Below, piece by piece: positions 41,483 through 54,400 of a stretch of 64,000 nt of DNA. The first letter of the stretch is position 1. Each line of letters starts with the position of its first letter. The notes under the pieces are model-generated. The model saw nothing but the letters and a program-made list of their open reading frames with translations. It had not been told where the DNA came from and did no database searches. This stretch comes from Octopus sinensis (Eukaryota), in NCBI RefSeq assembly GCF_006345805.1, contig NC_043022.1:14384001-14448000 (forward strand). The letters are read 5' to 3'. Made by a program: the position numbers and the translations under genes.

Positions 41483-42043
41483 ATAAATGCCCTGATGCAG
41501 TACCAGGCAGTGGCTCTCATGGCTTCTGATCTTAACTGATTGGAAGTGTTATCGTGTACATTGTTTTGTCTTGGTATAAAAGATGGCCTACAGCAAATAT
41601 TCTGCTCAATACCACAGATTTGCTTGTCAGTTGTTTGACCTTAACCAGTTGAGCATGTCCCTTAGTGGCTGACAATATGTGCATCTCTGATCACAAGCAG
41701 AAGTAGTGGGGGAGCATCATAGCTATGTGTTGAGAGGAATTCTTTGGAGTTTGAATAATTCACCTCTGGAAACATGGGTGTTTCATTCAACATCCTTAAA
41801 CAACCCTTATTCAGGGACCTTTTGAGCGGGGTAGGTTACTCGACCTGAAGAAAATTCTAACTGGGCCCCACCTGCAAGGTCATGCGCTGTTTATCTTGAT
41901 GTGAGATCACCATGTCGTGCACATATGGTTGTGATGCATGTGCCTAGTGTACCCTTATCAGACGGGTAGTCATGATGGGTATACTGGCTTCGTATATTTT
42001 ACCCCAGTGTCACTTTGATGGCATGAACTGCTCTCTCACTCAA
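41483..42043 (+). mobile_element. ~560 bp non-coding retroelement flanked by (AAT)n
   Basis: Second copy at 37980-38457; both end in (AAT)n. Confidence 0.7.
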
Positions 42044-42182
42044 TAATAATAATAATAATGATAATAATAATAAAACAGTACTGCTTGAAACCGCTTGAAT
42101 ACTCTGGATGGTGGTCGAGAAATAAGGGGTGTGAACAGCTGACACCATAGCACATCTCCAGCGATAGAAGCTGTACAAAGAC

Positions 42183-42229
<47 letters not shown>

Positions 42230-42274
42230 GTAATAATAATAGTAATAATAGTAATAATAATAATAATAATAATA

Positions 42275-42416
42275 TTAGGTTGTCCCAAAAGTTCGTAAAC
42301 ACTTGCGAAAATTGAATTTTTACTCGCCAAGTACTAACAAAAACAACAAAAATTATTCCTCAAAATAAAGACCATTATTTTCCAAGACTTTCTACGAACT
42401 TTTGGGACAACCCTAT
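42275..42416. mobile_element. Mariner-type MITE
   Basis: TIR TAGGTTGTCCCAAAAGTTCGTA / TACGAACTTTTGGGACAACCCTA inside (AAT)n. Confidence 0.75.
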
Positions 42417-43332
42417 GATAATAATAATAGTAATAATAATAATAACAGCTGGATGCCCTTCCAAAATAATAATAATTTCTTTGCCACCAGGGAGTGATGG
42501 TCGAGGAGAGGCAAAGATTTTAGACATAATTGGCTTACATAGGAAATCCAATGAGTAAAAACAAGTGGGGGCATAAAATATATATAAATAGCATATTTAC
42601 TCACGTATGAGTCACAGTTATGTATAAACAACACTCCTAATTTGGTGTTAAATCTCAGTACAAAATCGTAATGGATTCAACTGATAGCCGGGTCTGCCCC
42701 ATGTAACAGCAGTTGCACAAAGTCAGCAATTTCCAGACACTGAGTGAGTGCATGGCTAACAGTTTTGTCACTTTGTACACATCTCAGACAAGTCCTTCTA
42801 ATGGTATATCTGCACCTGAAGGCGGCGAGCTGGCAGAAACGTTAGCACGCCGGGCGAAATGCGTAGCGGTATTTCGTCTGCCGCTACGTTCTGAGTTGAA
42901 ATTCCGCCGAGGTCGACTTTGCCTTTCATCCTTTCGGGGTCGATAAATTAAATACCAGTTACGCACTTGGGTCGATGTAATCGACTTAATACCTATGTCT
43001 GTCATTGTCTGTTCCCTCTGTGTTTAGCCCCTTGTGTAAAGAAATCGGTATTTCGTCTGCCGCTACGTTCTGAGTTGAAATTCCGCCGATGTTGACTTTG
43101 CCTTTCATCCTTTCGGGATCGATTACGCACTGGGGTTGATATAATCGACTTAATCCGTGTGTCTGTCTTTGTCCTGTGTTTAGCCCCTAATGGGTAGTAA
43201 AAGAAATAGGTATATCTGCACCTGTATGGTTTCTCTGAAGCTGATAGCATCCATCTGTAGCACTACCTGGCCACGGATTTCTGGAAGTTATTCATAATAG
43301 TCCTCAACTAAACCTCTAGAAATAGTCTAGTC

Positions 43333-43533
43333 CAGTGGTTTTCAACCAGGGTTCCGCCAGTACAGTCCAGGGGTTCCGCAAGAAGTTACAAAAATGCTAA
43401 AATCGACAGTAATTTTTAATTCTCCTGTGCAGATATGTATGCATAAGACAATTAAATTATTGCACAGGGGTTCCACGAGCCAGTGGAATGTTTTCTTGGG
43501 GTTCCGCTCCAGCAAAAAGGTTGAAAAGCACTG
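43333..43533. mobile_element. hAT (Charlie-like) MITE, second copy
   Basis: Same TIR; 8 bp TSD GTCTAGTC on both sides. Confidence 0.9.
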
Positions 43534-44346
43534 GTCTAGTCAGTTTGTTCTCACCGACACTCACAGCTTCCCCGAGACCATAATCTCTCTTCTCTGGTTG
43601 CAACAAGCCATAAATTGCTAGGGCGGAATTTCTACGATCCCATTGCATGACAGGTAGAGGCGGGTGAGTACCCATTGACGTCCTAGACAAGAGGTGCTCC
43701 ATCTCGGGCTTTGCTTAACCTACAGCTCTATCAAGGGGAGAAGCTGCGGAAAATGCACCTCACAGATGGTTACTACAGTAACACAGGAGTGGCTGTGTGG
43801 TAAGAAGCTCGCTTCCCAACCACATGGTTCCAGGTCCAGTCCCACTGTGTGAGACCTTGGGCAACTGTCTTCTACTATAGCTTTGGGCCAACCAAAGCCT
43901 TGTGAGTAGATTTGGTAGACGGAAACTGAAAGAAGACCATCGTAGAGTAGATGAAACCATAGCGACTGAAGAAGGAGTTTTTTCTTTGTGTTAATTGTCC
44001 TGTACTCTATTTTTTTGTTGTTTAAAAAAATGTCCAGTTCCTTGGGTTTGTGTCTATGTTTTTCGTCTCTCTATGTGTTCGACGTCCTTTTGGTGTCCTG
44101 TACACATATATGCGTGTATATGTACATGTAGAGGTAGGTACATACATATATGTTTATATATATGCATATGTTTAATTTATTAATATATATATATATATAT
44201 ATACAACGACCTCGAACCCACAAGAGTAAACAAGAGAGACAGAGAAAGGCAGAAACAAGGAAAATGCCCCTTGTATTTGAACACTATGCAAATATTCTTT
44301 TAAAAAAACTTTCCTTTTAATTTTTCTAAATTTAATTATTTAATTG

Positions 44347-44390
44347 TTGCAGTTGAAAAGGTCTCAAAATGACTGAAACCGGTACTGAAA
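44347..44390 (+). ncRNA. Minimal type I hammerhead candidate with U3-A8 core (family H5)
   Basis: cag-TTGAAAA-GGTC tcaaaat GACT-GAA-ACCGGT-A-ctg; palindromic stem III. Confidence 0.5.
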
Positions 44391-44659
44391 TGTTCTTTAT
44401 AAAATTATTTTAGCATTTTTTATCCTGACTTGTTTTTTCATATATATATATATAATAAAAAGTGACAATAAAAGAATAAGACCTCGATATTAGATAAATA
44501 GAGGAATATTTATATATGTTATAACTTAGAACATACAGTAAAAGGTTGTCATTATAGTTTCAAATGTTGGAGTGAAGAGCTACAATGCATTCAAAACTCC
44601 GAGTACTATACTGACAACTTATTGTTTGTTCTAAATTATAACATATATATAAACTGCTG

Positions 44660-45805
44660 GGTCAGATGATGAAGGTCATGGATAGGGTCAAAGACCAGCT
44701 AATTAAGGAGAGAGTATGCTTAGATGAGATGCAGTTTGGTTTTGTCCCAGGTAGAAGCACACTGATGCTACATTCCTGGTACAGCAACTGCAGGAGAAAT
44801 ACCTAACCAAAGACAAACCTCTATACTTGGCTTTTGTGGACTTGGAGAAAGCCTTTGATAGGTCCCCTAATCCCTCATCTGCTGGGCGATGCAGAAACTA
44901 GGGATTCCTATACAGAGATGCTGTTAGGAATGTTAGGGTTGGCAATGAGTATAGTGAAGAATTCCAGGTAGAAGTAGGGGTCCACCAAGGATCAGCCCTC
45001 AGTCCCCTCTTATTCATCATAGTTCTCCAGGCAATAACAGAGGAATTCAAGACAGGTTGCTTCTGGGGGCTCCTCTAAGCTGATAAACTGGCCCTCATAG
45101 CGCTATCACTACCAGACCTAGAGAAGAAATTTCAGGTGTGGAAACAAGGTTTAGAATCAAAGGGCGTTAGGGTCAATGTCGCAAAAACCAAAGTCCTAGT
45201 AAGAAGGCGAGCACATCACACACCCCTTCAGGTAGATGGCCCTGCTCGATCTGTAGAAAACGTGTAGGTAGAAACTCCATAAGATATACCCAGTGTAAGT
45301 TATGGGCACATGAGAGGTGCAGCAACATCAAAGGAAGATTAACCGGGAAGATAGCTTTCGTGTGCGGCAGATGCACAGGGGCAATAAACACCACAGATGC
45401 TTAGAACACAAATTCCATTACATGCCAGGGTGAGAAACTAGAAGTAGTTGATAGCTTCCGCTACCTAGGCGACCAAGTCTGTACTAGAATAAGAATAGCC
45501 TGGGCAAAGTTTAGAAAGCTTCTACCCCTATTGGTGACAAAGGGTCTCTCGCTCAGAGTGAAAGGTAGATTGTACAATGCATGTGTGCGAACTGCCATGC
45601 TTCATGGCAATGAAACATGGGCCGTGACTGCTAAAGACATGCGTAGACTCGAAAGAAATGAAGCTAGCATGATCTGCTGGATGTGTAATGTCAGTGTGTA
45701 TACATGACAGAGTGTAAGCACCCTGAGAGAAATGCTGGACATAAGAAGCATTGGATGTGGCGTACAAGAGAGACGACTGCACTGGTATAGCCATGTACTA
45801 CGGTG
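44660..45805 (+). mobile_element. Degenerate RTE LINE fragment
   Basis: Colinear with 32295-33380 (QLQEKYL, DLEKAFD, WPCSICRK, AWAKFRKLLPLL); stops and deletions. Confidence 0.9.
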
Positions 45806-46533
45806 TTGGCCATATCCAAAGCCATAGAATTGGGGTGGTTGGTGGGGGGGGCAACTGGAGGTTACTTATATCAACCCCAGGAGAATGGAAGGAAAAGCTG
45901 ACCCCCTGACACATTTGAACTCACATGGTAAAACTCTGAAACAAATACTGCCTATATGTGTGTGTATGCATGTATGTATGTATGTATGTACGTATGTATG
46001 TATGTGCCTGAATGTGTATGTATGTGTCTGTGTGTATGTATATATAAAGGTGTATGTATGTATGTACGTATGTGTCTGTGTGTATGTATATATAAAAGTG
46101 TATGTATGTATGTACGTATGTGTCTGTGTGTATGTATATATAAAAGTGTATGTATGTATGTACGTATGTGTCTGTGTGTATGTGTATAACGGCATACATT
46201 AGATAATAAGGAAATTTGTGGGGAAAATCTTTTCCGAGGGGGTGGGGAGAGAACCTCGGAAAATTCGCAAGATCCGAATTCTTCCTCGTTATATTCCGAA
46301 ATCCCATTCAACTTTCTACAGATTCCTTAGCGTATTACTCCTACACTACTTAGTGTGTTTTTTCCCACCCACTTTCAATAATTCTTAATGTTTTGGCTTC
46401 ATTTTTGTTTCATTTTATCTTCAATTACTTTTACGCTTTCTTTAAACCCTTCCGTCGTTATTCTCCATTCACTCGTTATTAATTTCTCTCTATACATATA
46501 TATATATATAAGAGATACATATATTATATATTT

Positions 46534-46935
46534 GGCGCAGGAGTGGCTGTGTGGTAAGTAGCTTGTTTACCAACTACATGGTTCCGGGTTCAGTCCCACT
46601 GCGTGGCACCTTGGACAAGTGTCTTTTACTATAGCCGCGGGCCGACCAAAGCCTTGTGAGTGGATTTGGTAGACGGAAATTGAAAGAAGCCCGTCGTATA
46701 TATGTATATATATGCGTGTGTGTGTTTGTGTGTCTGTATTTGTCCCCCTAGCATCGCTTGACAACCGATGCTGGTGTGTTTATGTCCCCGATACTTAGCG
46801 GTTCGGCAAAAGAGACCGATAAAATAAGTACTGAGCTTACAAAAGAATAAGTCCCGGGGTCGAGTTGCTCGATTAAAGGCGGTGCTCCAGCATGGCCGCA
46901 GTCAAATGACTGAAACAAGTAAAAGAGTAAAGAGT
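46534..46935 (+). mobile_element. tRNA-derived SINE family A, full length
   Basis: A box TGGCTGTGTGG, B box GGTTCAGTCCC, central GGAAACTGAAAGAAGCCCGTCG, tail (AAAGAGT)n; further copies near 1775, 2435, 11625, 28905, 30185, 30920, 37165, 58211. Confidence 0.9.
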
Positions 46936-47718
46936 AATACATACACACACACATATAGAGAGACAAGACACGTTTCCGAAGAAATCTTTTTTTAAAAATG
47001 CACCTTTGAAGGTGAGGCGCGAAACTGCATCAGCCCCCTTTCTTTACACATATTTTAAGATGACATTTTACGCCAGAAATACGCGTTCTAGAGTGTGGAT
47101 TACATTTGATTGAAAAATCAAAGAAGTTTGAAAGAATGATAAACGGATGCTGAAGTTATGAAAATTAGTGGTAACGATGTCTGGGAAAAAAACAAACTAT
47201 GTTAGTGTTTGTCTGAAACAAGTCAAAGTGTATTGAAACAATATCTTTTACATACCTGCTAAAATTACTGGATATATGAATCCCAGGATATATTAAGACC
47301 TAAGCTACAAAACAATTTTGAAATGTCAACTGTTTTCACTTTCCTTTAGCAATTTTTCGCGCCGAAATTTTAAGCGGGGAACAAATCACTCATCGATTTC
47401 GTGACGAGAGGGGGAGGGAGAGAGAGAGATGGAGAGAGAGAGGGAGAGAGAGAAACAGAGAGAGAGAGAGAAGTGGAGGGAGGGAGGGAGTGTGTAAAGA
47501 CGTGTTTTGTCATTGATGCATTTTTTTACACACTCACACAAATCTACTACACATAAGTGCATGTATATAATAAACAGATGGAGTCCCATTTTGGAAGTGT
47601 GTTAAAGTTTTTAGTGGACGTATGACGGAGAATAGTTCAACATCGTGTTTGCTTCTATGAGAATCGCTAACTTTAAAGTGATAAAACAAGACCGACGTAT
47701 ACAACAGGTATGTATAAC

Positions 47719-48190
47719 TATTTCTTTACTGCCCACAAGGGGCTAAACACAGAGGGGACAGACAAACGGATTAAGTCGATTATATCGACCCCAGTACTTA
47801 TTTAATCGACCCTGAAAGGATGAAAGGCAAAGTCGACATCGGCGGAATTTGAACTCAGAATGTAACGGCAGACGAAATACCTATTTCTTTACTACCCACA
47901 AGGGGCTAAACACAGAGGGGACAGACAAAGGGATTAAGTCGATTATATCGACCCCAGTGCATGACTGGTACTTAATTTATCGACCCCGAAAGGATGAAAG
48001 GCAAAGTCGACCTCGGCGGAATTTGAACACAGAACGTAACGGCAGACGAAATACCTATTTCTTTACTACCCACAAGGGGCTAAACACAGAGGGGACAAAC
48101 AAGGACAGACAAACGGATTAAGTCGATTATATCGACCCCAGTGCGTAACTGGTACTTATTTAATCGACCCTGAAAGGATGAAAGGCAAAC
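47719..48190 (-). mobile_element. Tandem array of SINE C bodies with 14 bp TSD
   Basis: Three partial units; CAGGTATGTATAAC duplicated at 47705-47718 and 48191-48204. Confidence 0.85.
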
Positions 48191-48538
48191 CAGGTATGTA
48201 TAACATGCTGTTTCACTTCTATTTCAACCGTTCATTTTCTGTGAGCTGTAGAGACTGTTGCGCTCGCGCACTCTTCATTGCTGAGTAGAGCGGGGTGCGT
48301 GGATCAATTTTGGAGTTTTTCTGGGTACATATGTTCCTTATGCATTCCAAAACCGAGTTGTCGATTTTCACCAATGGGGTATCAAAAGATTCAGTACTAT
48401 TTCCACTACTAACTAAACTTTATTTTCATTGACATATTTGAATTACAAAAATTTTAAATCATAATCTTTTCCCTATCTTATCTATCGTAAACTTTTTATA
48501 CGACGACCATGATGAAGTCACATTTTCTATATGAGTGT

Positions 48539-48805
48539 AGGCGGCGAGCTGGCAGAAACGTTAGCACGCCGGGCGAAATGCTTAGCGGTATTTCGTCTGC
48601 CGTTACGTTCTGAGTTCAAATTCCGCCGAGGTCGACTTTGCCTTTCATCCTTTCGGGGTCGATTAAAGAAGTACCAGTTACGCTCTGGGGTCGATATAAT
48701 CGACTTAATCCGTTTGTCTGTCCTTGTTTGTCCCCTCTGTGTTTAGCCCCTTGTGGGTAGCAAAGAAATAGGTATTTCGTCTGCCGCTACGTTCTGAGTT
48801 CAAAT
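48539..48805 (+). mobile_element. tRNA-derived SINE family C
   Basis: GGCGAGCTGGCAGAA head, GAGTTCAAATTCC B box, GTCGACTTTGCCTTTCATCC core; copies near 6805, 7087, 19230-19995, 42820, 49768, 55532. Confidence 0.88.
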
Positions 48806-48829
48806 TGCAGGTGGTACATAAAAAACACC

Positions 48830-49284
48830 GGCGATGTTTCGCTTGTCGTAGCACAAGTTTCCGTCGATTTCCGTAAAAAACTTTTATTTTTTTACATAAG
48901 TAATGGGAGCGAAAGAGACTAAGAGAAAGCGATTGTATGACGAGGGAAGTTCTTTTGAAGTTACCGTGCATGGCAAGCATTGATGTACATGTGTGTGTGT
49001 GTGTGTTTGATGGGGTGTGGGAGACGGACAGTATGTTGTGTAAGTGAAGTGCTTCTGTTAGTGTGTGCGAAGACACAGAGAGAGTAATGTGTGAAAGAGA
49101 GAGATAACTGAAATTTTTTACTCGGTGTATGTGTATATGTATGTCTGCATGTATGTGTGTGTGTATGTATCTATGTATGTGTGTGTGTATGTATGTGTGT
49201 ATGTATGTATGTATGGCCGATTCAGTGTTTACATTTTTTACGGAAATCGACGGAAACGTGTGCTACGACAAGCGAAACATCGCC
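48830..49284. mobile_element. TIR element with 8 bp TSD (Merlin-like?)
   Basis: ~51 bp TIR starting GGCGATG; TSD AAAACACC at 48822-48829 and 49285-49292; interrupts an RTE 3' UTR. Confidence 0.8.
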
Positions 49285-52200
49285 AAAACACCATTTGAGC
49301 GTGGCCGTTGCCAGTACCACCAGACTGGCCTCGGGCCAGTGGCAAGTAAAGCAATCCACTACACTCTCGGAGTGGTTGACGTTAGGAAGGGCATCCAGCT
49401 GTAGAAACTCTGCCAGATCAAGATTGGAGCCTGGTGCAGCCATCTGGTTCGCCAGTCCTCAGTCAAATCGTCCAACCCATGACAGCATGGAAAGTGGACG
49501 TTAAACGATGATGATGATGATGTATGTCTATATGTTTGTGTGTCTGTGTTTGTCCCCCCACCACCACCACCATTGCTTGACAAACGATGTTGGTGTTTTT
49601 ACGTCCCCGTAACTTAGCAGTTCAGCAAAGGAGACCAATTGAACAAGTACCAGGCTTACAAAGAATAAGTCCAGAGGTCGATTTGTTCAAATAAAGGCGG
49701 TGCTCCAGCATGGCCTCAGTCGCATGGCTGAAACAAATAAAAGAATAAAAAAATTATTACTTTATGAAGCGAACTGGCAGAATCGTTAGCACGCCAGGCA
49801 CAAAAATGCTTAGCAGTATTTCGTCTGCCGCTACGTTCTGAGTTCAAATTCCGCCGATGTCGACTTTGCCTTTCATCCTTTCGGGGTCGATTAAATAAGT
49901 ACCAGTTACGCACTGGGGTCGATGTAATCCACTTAATCCCTTTGTCTGTCCTTGTTTGTCCCCTCTACGTTTAGCCCCTTGTGGGTAGTAAAGAAATAGG
50001 TATTTCGTCTGCCGTTATGTTCTGAGTTCAAATTCCGCCGATGTCGACTTTGCCTTTCATCCTTTCGGGGTCGATTAAATAAGTACCAGTTACGCACTGG
50101 GGTCGATGTAATCAACTTAATCCCTTTGTCTGTCCTTGTTTGTCACTTCTGTGTTTAGCCCCTTGTGGGCAATACAAGAAATAAGAATCGTTAGTACACC
50201 AGTCACAAAATGCTTAGCGGTGTTTCACCCATCTTTACGATCTGAGTTCAAATTCTGCTGGGGGGCAAATTTCAGGCGTTGTGCTTTTAGGAGAGATAGG
50301 GGTTATTTATTCGCTATAATATCCTTGCTTGTTGTGGCTGCTTTCAAATGATGTAAAACCCCCACCTTTTTTATGTGTATTGTATTGTATTTCGTCTCTT
50401 GATATTGTCCTCAATCTGTTGAGCCCTTTGTGGCCTGAGAAAAAAAATAACAAAAAAGAAACCATCATCATTATCACCATTACCATTATCATCATCGTGA
50501 TTCATCACTGCTGTTGTTGTTGTTGCTGTTGTTGTTGCTGTTGTTGTTGCTGTTGTTGTTATCGGTTACATAACCCAGTTTTTTGTTGTTTACTGCAAAA
50601 CACTGCTCTGATTAACAGCAGACTCGTCCATGTAAATTAAGACGTGTATTTACGTATAAATAAATGGACTACGAATACAAACAACCACACACACACACAC
50701 ACACACGCACACACACACACACACATACACACACACACACAACCACACGCACACATACACACACACACATACACACACACACACAGACACATACACACAC
50801 ACACACATACACACACCACACACACACAGACACATACACACACACACCACACACACACACACGTGCTTGCTTACCTGCACGTTAACTACGACTATCTCCC
50901 TGTGTGTGTGTGTGTGTGTGTCTATTTACACCTGTCACTCACCGATTGTTTGTCTCCTATCTGTATTTTTATATCTTTTTAACCCCTCCCTACCCCCCGC
51001 ACAACCTCCCACCCTTCTCCCACATTCTTTTACCTCTTCATTCTTCCCTCTTCTGTCTCTCTGTTTCTCTTCCTCTCCCTCTCTCTCTTTCTCTTCCTCC
51101 CCCTCTTCTCTCTCTCTCTTTCTCTTCCTCCCCTCTGTCTCGTTCTTTCTCTTCCTCCCCCTCTCTTCTCTGCCTCTCTCTTTCTCTTCCTCCCCCTCTC
51201 TTCTCTGTCTCTTTCTTTCTCTTCCTCCCCCTCTCTTCTCTGTCTCTCTTTCTCTTCCTCTGTCTCTCTCTTTATCTTCCTCCCCCTCTCTCTTTATCTT
51301 CCTCCCCCTCTCTCTTTATCTTCCTCCCCTCTATCTCCTCTGCCTCTCTCTTTCTCTTCCTCCCCTCTATCTCCTCTGTCTCTCACTTTCTCTTCCCCCT
51401 CTCTCTTTCTCTTCCTCCCCTCTATCCCCTCTGCCTCTCTCTTTCCTTCCTCCCCTCTATCTCCTCTGTCTCTCTCTCCTCTCCCCTCTCTCTTCCATTT
51501 GCATCTTTCACATTCTCACACACACATTCTATATCTTGTTTTTACTTTCCTACACTTTTCATTCGTTGAACTATGGCCATGCTGGAGCACCACCTTAAAC
51601 AGCTTCAGCCAAACAAATTGTTCCCCAATACTTATTTTTCTTTTTCAAACATTGTACTCATTCCTCCAGTTCTCATTTGCTCAACCCTTAAATTTCTCAG
51701 GTGTAAACAAACCAACACCGGCTACAAAGCATTGATGAGAACACTGAGTAAACAGACACACAGACAGACACAGATACCTTGCTCACAACATCATAAGCGG
51801 AAAGTGTAACCTCTCGAAAGAGCTGTTCTTCACTCCTGCTCCAGAGCGTCGGCTGCGGGGTCACTCCGAAAAGCTCTATCTGCGATGATTTCATCTCAAT
51901 CGAAGGAGAGGAGCTTTCTCTGTCCGGGTTGCAGATCCGTGGAATAAGCTGCCGGACAAGATAGTGAAGATGCCGACGACCGCTCGGTTCAAAGTCTCTC
52001 TTGACCAGAAATGGCCTGAACTCTTTGCATGAACACCCTTCCTGTACATAACTCCATGTCCCCCTACATGGCCTTGCTTTTTGCATTTTGAGCCAAAAAA
52101 TTAACTTAACATGATGGTTCGACTTAAGGGGAAAGAGCTTAGTCGATTACTTTGACCTTGGTATATAACTGGTACCTTCTTGTAGTGGACCCTGAAAGGA

Positions 52201-52397
52201 TTTAAGGGAAGGTCAATGCAGGATATTCATTTATGTAGGCACAGGGGTGGCTGTGTGGCAAGGAGTTTGCCTCCTGACCATATGGCTCTGGGTTCCATAC
52301 CACAGCATGGCATCTCAAGCAAGTTTCTTTTCCTGTAATCCTGGGCCAACCAAAGCCTTGCAGATTTGGTAGATGGAAACTGAGAGAAGCCTGTCAT

Positions 52398-52464
<67 letters not shown>

Positions 52465-52465
52465 G

Positions 52466-52548
<83 letters not shown>

Positions 52549-52977
52549 TATATATATCGAATTGAACCAGCCAGGATCCCTGGTCTGGTGGTACGTAAAA
52601 AGCACTATCCGACTCGTGGCTGATGCCAGCGCCGCCTCGACTGGCTTCCGTGCCGGTGGCACATAAAATACACCAATCCGACCGTGGCCATTGCCAGCCT
52701 CGCCTGGCACCTGTGCAGGTGGCACGTAAAAAGCACCCACTACACTCACGGAGTGGTTGGCGTTAGGAAGGGCATCCAGCTGTAGAAACATTGCCAGATA
52801 AGACTGGAGCCTGGTGCAGCCTTCTGGCTTCCCAGATCCCCGGTCGAACCGTCCAACCCATGCTAGCATGGAGAATGGACGTTGAACGATGATGATGATG
52901 ATGATGATATATATATGTATCAGAAATATTAAATTTCTAAATATCTCATAGAGATATGTACGGTGGTGGGACGATAG

Positions 52978-53479
52978 AATGGTTGTATACTGTCAATTTA
53001 ACGTGACAGTAGGGGATTACACCACCACTGTTTAGCCCTAGGAAGCATCGACGCCTCCTGATGGCTTCGACACATTTTTTCCTGTGTCCTTATATACTTA
53101 TGAAGGGGAGACAAACACATCCAACAGCCAGGCCTGCATCTAGAGACACGCATGTTTCAGGGTCTTTGCCCATCATCGGTCATTTGGTAATCAGTGAATA
53201 AACTTCACTGAAAATTAGATAAATATATATATTTACGAATTCGGGACAGATATCTGCGGCTGGCAGGCTTCTGCTACTCTAGACCGATGATGGACAAAGA
53301 CCCTGAAACATGCGTGTCTCTAGATGCAGGCCTAGCTGTTGGGGGTGTTTGTCTCCCCTTCATAAATATATAAGGACACAGGAAATGTGTCAAGGCCGAC
53401 AGGAAGCGTCGATGCTTCCTAGGGCTAAACAGCGGTGGTGTAATCCCCTACTGTCACGTTTCATTGGCAGTATACAACC

Positions 53480-53482
<3 letters not shown>
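52978..53482. mobile_element. Inverted pair of hammerhead elements (family H4)
   Basis: ~200 bp arms; HHR motifs at 53139-53181 (-, 5'-truncated) and 53278-53324 (+). Confidence 0.8.
53278..53324 (+). ncRNA. Type I hammerhead ribozyme candidate (CCGAUGA core)
   Basis: Stem I TCTAGA/TCTAGA, core CCGATGA, short stem II, GAA, stem III ACA-TGCG-TGT, GUC cleavage triplet ending at 53318. Confidence 0.65.
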
Positions 53483-53517
<35 letters not shown>

Positions 53518-54400
53518 TACATATATATGTATATATACACATACATACATACATGTGTGTGTACACACACACATATATATATGTATGTGTGTATATATAA
53601 TGTATGTATATATATATATATGTATGTATATATGCATATATGGGTACAGGACGTCACCAAAAGTAAACAACATGAAATACGAAAACAAATGAGTTAAATA
53701 CACAAATAACGAGAGCAAAAAAAAGGACAATACAAAGAATGACCCTTCGTCAGTTGTCGGCTGTCTATCTACTCCCCATTTCGAGCAATCAACAGCAAAA
53801 AATTTTGGATTTATGGAGGGTCAAAGTTGGGAACAAAAACAGGTCAGTGGAGACATACAAGGAAACTGAACGAAAGCAAAATATGAAGGGCCGTTAGACC
53901 TGAACGAGGGGGAAAATAGGGAACGCTGAAGGAAACATTTTCTTTGAAAAGAGAAAAGATAGAAGAGAGAAATAGGAGACGCCCAGTCCTTAGATATATA
54001 TATCATCTAATATAGGAGAAAATTTTTTGAAAAAAATTTTATCAATGGCCAGCATATTAAAAAATACCTTTAAAGGTTAAATTTTATAAACAACTTATAA
54101 ACAAGGGCAAAAAAATTCTAATGCCAAATATGCTGAAAATAGACAAATTGTCAATAACCATATAATTTATCACTATAAACACAAGTCTCGAAGTCTTACG
54201 TATTTATCACTGACAAGGAGAAAATTCTTATGAATTAACTCTGAAATTGGGACCGATACGATAATAACGGAATTTTTTAGAAATTTCTGTCGGCTTACTT
54301 TGAGACTCGTGTTTATAGTGATAATTATATGGTTATTGACAATTCGTCTATTTTCGGCATATTTGCATTAGAATTTTTTTCTTTTGCCCTTGTTTGTAAG

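Noticed and set aside
45866-45945. Minus-strand exon candidate (TTGTTTCAG ... GTAACC)
   Set aside because: All three frames hit stops; no partner exons.
53730-53790. CTGACGA motif on the minus strand; also CTGAAGA at 43966 and CTGATGA at 22348
   Set aside because: No downstream stem II plus GAAA.
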